Positions 59,260-60,502 of a DNA stretch of 60,502 nucleotides are shown here, one piece after another. How positions within the stretch are numbered: position 1 is the stretch's first letter; the number at the start of each line of letters is the position of its first letter. The translations under genes were made by a program, and so were the position numbers. This DNA comes from Bacteroidales bacterium (GTDB taxonomy: Bacteria > Bacteroidota > Bacteroidia > Bacteroidales > VadinHA17), in NCBI GenBank assembly GCA_003141525.1, contig PLML01000107.1, positions 1 to 60,502 on the forward strand, in the 5' to 3' direction. Below the pieces are notes generated by a model, which made no database searches, was not told the DNA's origin, and saw nothing but the letters and a program-made list of their open reading frames with translations.

Positions 59260-60502
59260 ATGATGAAAAGATTTATTAGCTATCTGACTATTGAATTACT
59301 CCTTTTATTGCTTCTGGTTTCATGTTCTGTTACCGGAAAAAAGAGTATCAGTATATTAGAAACGACTGATGTGCACGGTGTTATACTTCCATACGATTTC
59401 ATTGAAAAAGAAAAGATGAACGTTTCCATGGCTTCATCATTTAATTATATTAAGCAAATCAGAAAGAAAAAAGACGCCACCCTGCTTCTTGACAACGGTG
59501 ATAATCTCCAGGGACAACCAGAAGTATACTACTATAATTATATTGACACTGTGCAACCTCATTTTGTATCTGAAGTAATGAATTATATGGGATATGATGC
59601 ATGTACTGTCGGTAACCACGATATTGAAGCCGGCCATGGAGTTTACGACAGGTTAATTAAAGATGATAACTTCCCGTTACTGGCAGCAAATGCTGTTGAT
59701 ATTAAATCGGGTAAACCATATTTCAAACCTTATCAGATTATTGAAAAGGATGGGATTAAGGTTGCTGTTTTTGGACTGGTTACACCTGCAATTCCAAATT
59801 GGCTGCCACCTCAGTTATATTCCGGTATGGAGTTTAAAGATATGGTCGAAACTGCAAGACAATGGATGCCAGTATTATTAAATGAAAAACCTGACCTTGT
59901 AGTCGGATTATTCCATTCAGGGTGGGACAGGACTGATGTAAAATTACAGCAGACTAATAATCTGACTGAAAATGGCTCAGCTGCTGTCGCGTACAATGTC
60001 CCCGGCTTTGATATAATCTTCACTGGTCATGACCATAAAGTGGCAAATGAAAAATTCATCAATTTAGCAGGCGATACTGTACTCATTCTTAATGGAGGCA
60101 GCAGATCCGAAAAGCTGGCTGAAGCAGATATAACCTTTGCTTCAAGGAAGATTAAAGGAAAGAAACAATTGAAGATTACGGGCAGGATAATAAATGTAGC
60201 TGATTTTAAACCCGATCCTGAATTCATTACAAAGTTTGCTCCGCAGTATAAACTAATTGAAGAATATGTAAACAGACCAATTGGCATTTCATCGGAAACA
60301 ATCACATCAAGAGATGCTTATTTTGGTTCATCAGCATTCGTTGACATGATTCATACAATCCAGCTTGAGATAACGGGTGCCGATATTTCATTTGCAGCAC
60401 CCCTCTCTTTTGATGTTAAGATTGACAAAGGTCCAATAACAGTAGGAGATATGTTTAAACTCTACAGATTTGAAAATATGCTTTACACAATGTCTTTGTC
60501 GG
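59260..60502 (+). CDS. Bifunctional metallophosphatase / 5'-nucleotidase (CpdB-like) lipoprotein, truncated by the window end; absent from the ORF track
   Basis: MMKRFISYLTIELLLLLLLVSC lipobox; TTDVHG, DNGDNLQG, GNHD, FHSG, GHDH. Confidence 0.9.
   Translation, partial: MMKRFISYLTIELLLLLLLVSCSVTGKKSISILETTDVHGVILPYDFIEKEKMNVSMASSFNYIKQIRKKKDATLLLDNGDNLQGQPEVYYYNYIDTVQPHFVSEVMNYMGYDACTVGNHDIEAGHGVYDRLIKDDNFPLLAANAVDIKSGKPYFKPYQIIEKDGIKVAVFGLVTPAIPNWLPPQLYSGMEFKDMVETARQWMPVLLNEKPDLVVGLFHSGWDRTDVKLQQTNNLTENGSAAVAYNVPGFDIIFTGHDHKVANEKFINLAGDTVLILNGGSRSEKLAEADITFASRKIKGKKQLKITGRIINVADFKPDPEFITKFAPQYKLIEEYVNRPIGISSETITSRDAYFGSSAFVDMIHTIQLEITGADISFAAPLSFDVKIDKGPITVGDMFKLYRFENMLYTMSLS

Noticed and set aside
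75-60305. Many 60-150 aa ORFs antisense to or out of frame with long genes (e.g. 51552-52007, 32706-33110, 48172-48510)
   Set aside because: Shadow ORFs overlapping well-supported genes, with no recognisable motifs.
1-60502. CRISPR array, tRNA, rRNA, prophage, integrase
   Set aside because: I saw no repeat-spacer periodicity, cloverleaf or rRNA-like sequence, and no phage or recombinase ORF. This was by eye only.

Overview
AT-rich DNA, most likely from a Bacteroidota (Bacteroidales-like) genome. This assignment rests on TAnnTTTG -7 promoter motifs in front of seven genes and on the gene content. Bases 1-46515 are one long + strand surface-polysaccharide locus that probably began upstream of the window. 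It contains fcl, an MNT-HEPN toxin-antitoxin pair bracketed by a duplicated fcl 3' end, and a CDP-3,6-dideoxyhexose pathway (rfbF, rfbG, rfbH and an E3-like reductase). Embedded in that pathway are a NeuB-SAF-cupin fusion, a HAD phosphatase, a YerE-like ThDP enzyme, reductases and methyltransferases. Downstream come two apparent repeat-unit assembly systems (two Wzx, one Wzy, two initiating transferases, two O-antigen-ligase-like proteins and a GtrB/GT-C pair) and an IS5-family element. Two oxidoreductase genes and the transposase each carry a single lesion. Bases 46596-60502 are mostly housekeeping: a Wzz-like gene, a nucleoside phosphorylase, an RND efflux operon, DUF4293, pyrBI, yigZ, a GroES-like gene, a receiver protein, NamZ and a truncated 5'-nucleotidase. 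The best candidate for an undescribed system is an inferred pathway in which a NeuB-family synthase makes a 3-deoxy-2-ulosonate that is not CMP-activated. Instead it would act as the ThDP donor to build a long-branched (erwiniose/caryophyllose-type) CDP-sugar. All functional calls come from motif recognition by eye; no database searches were run.
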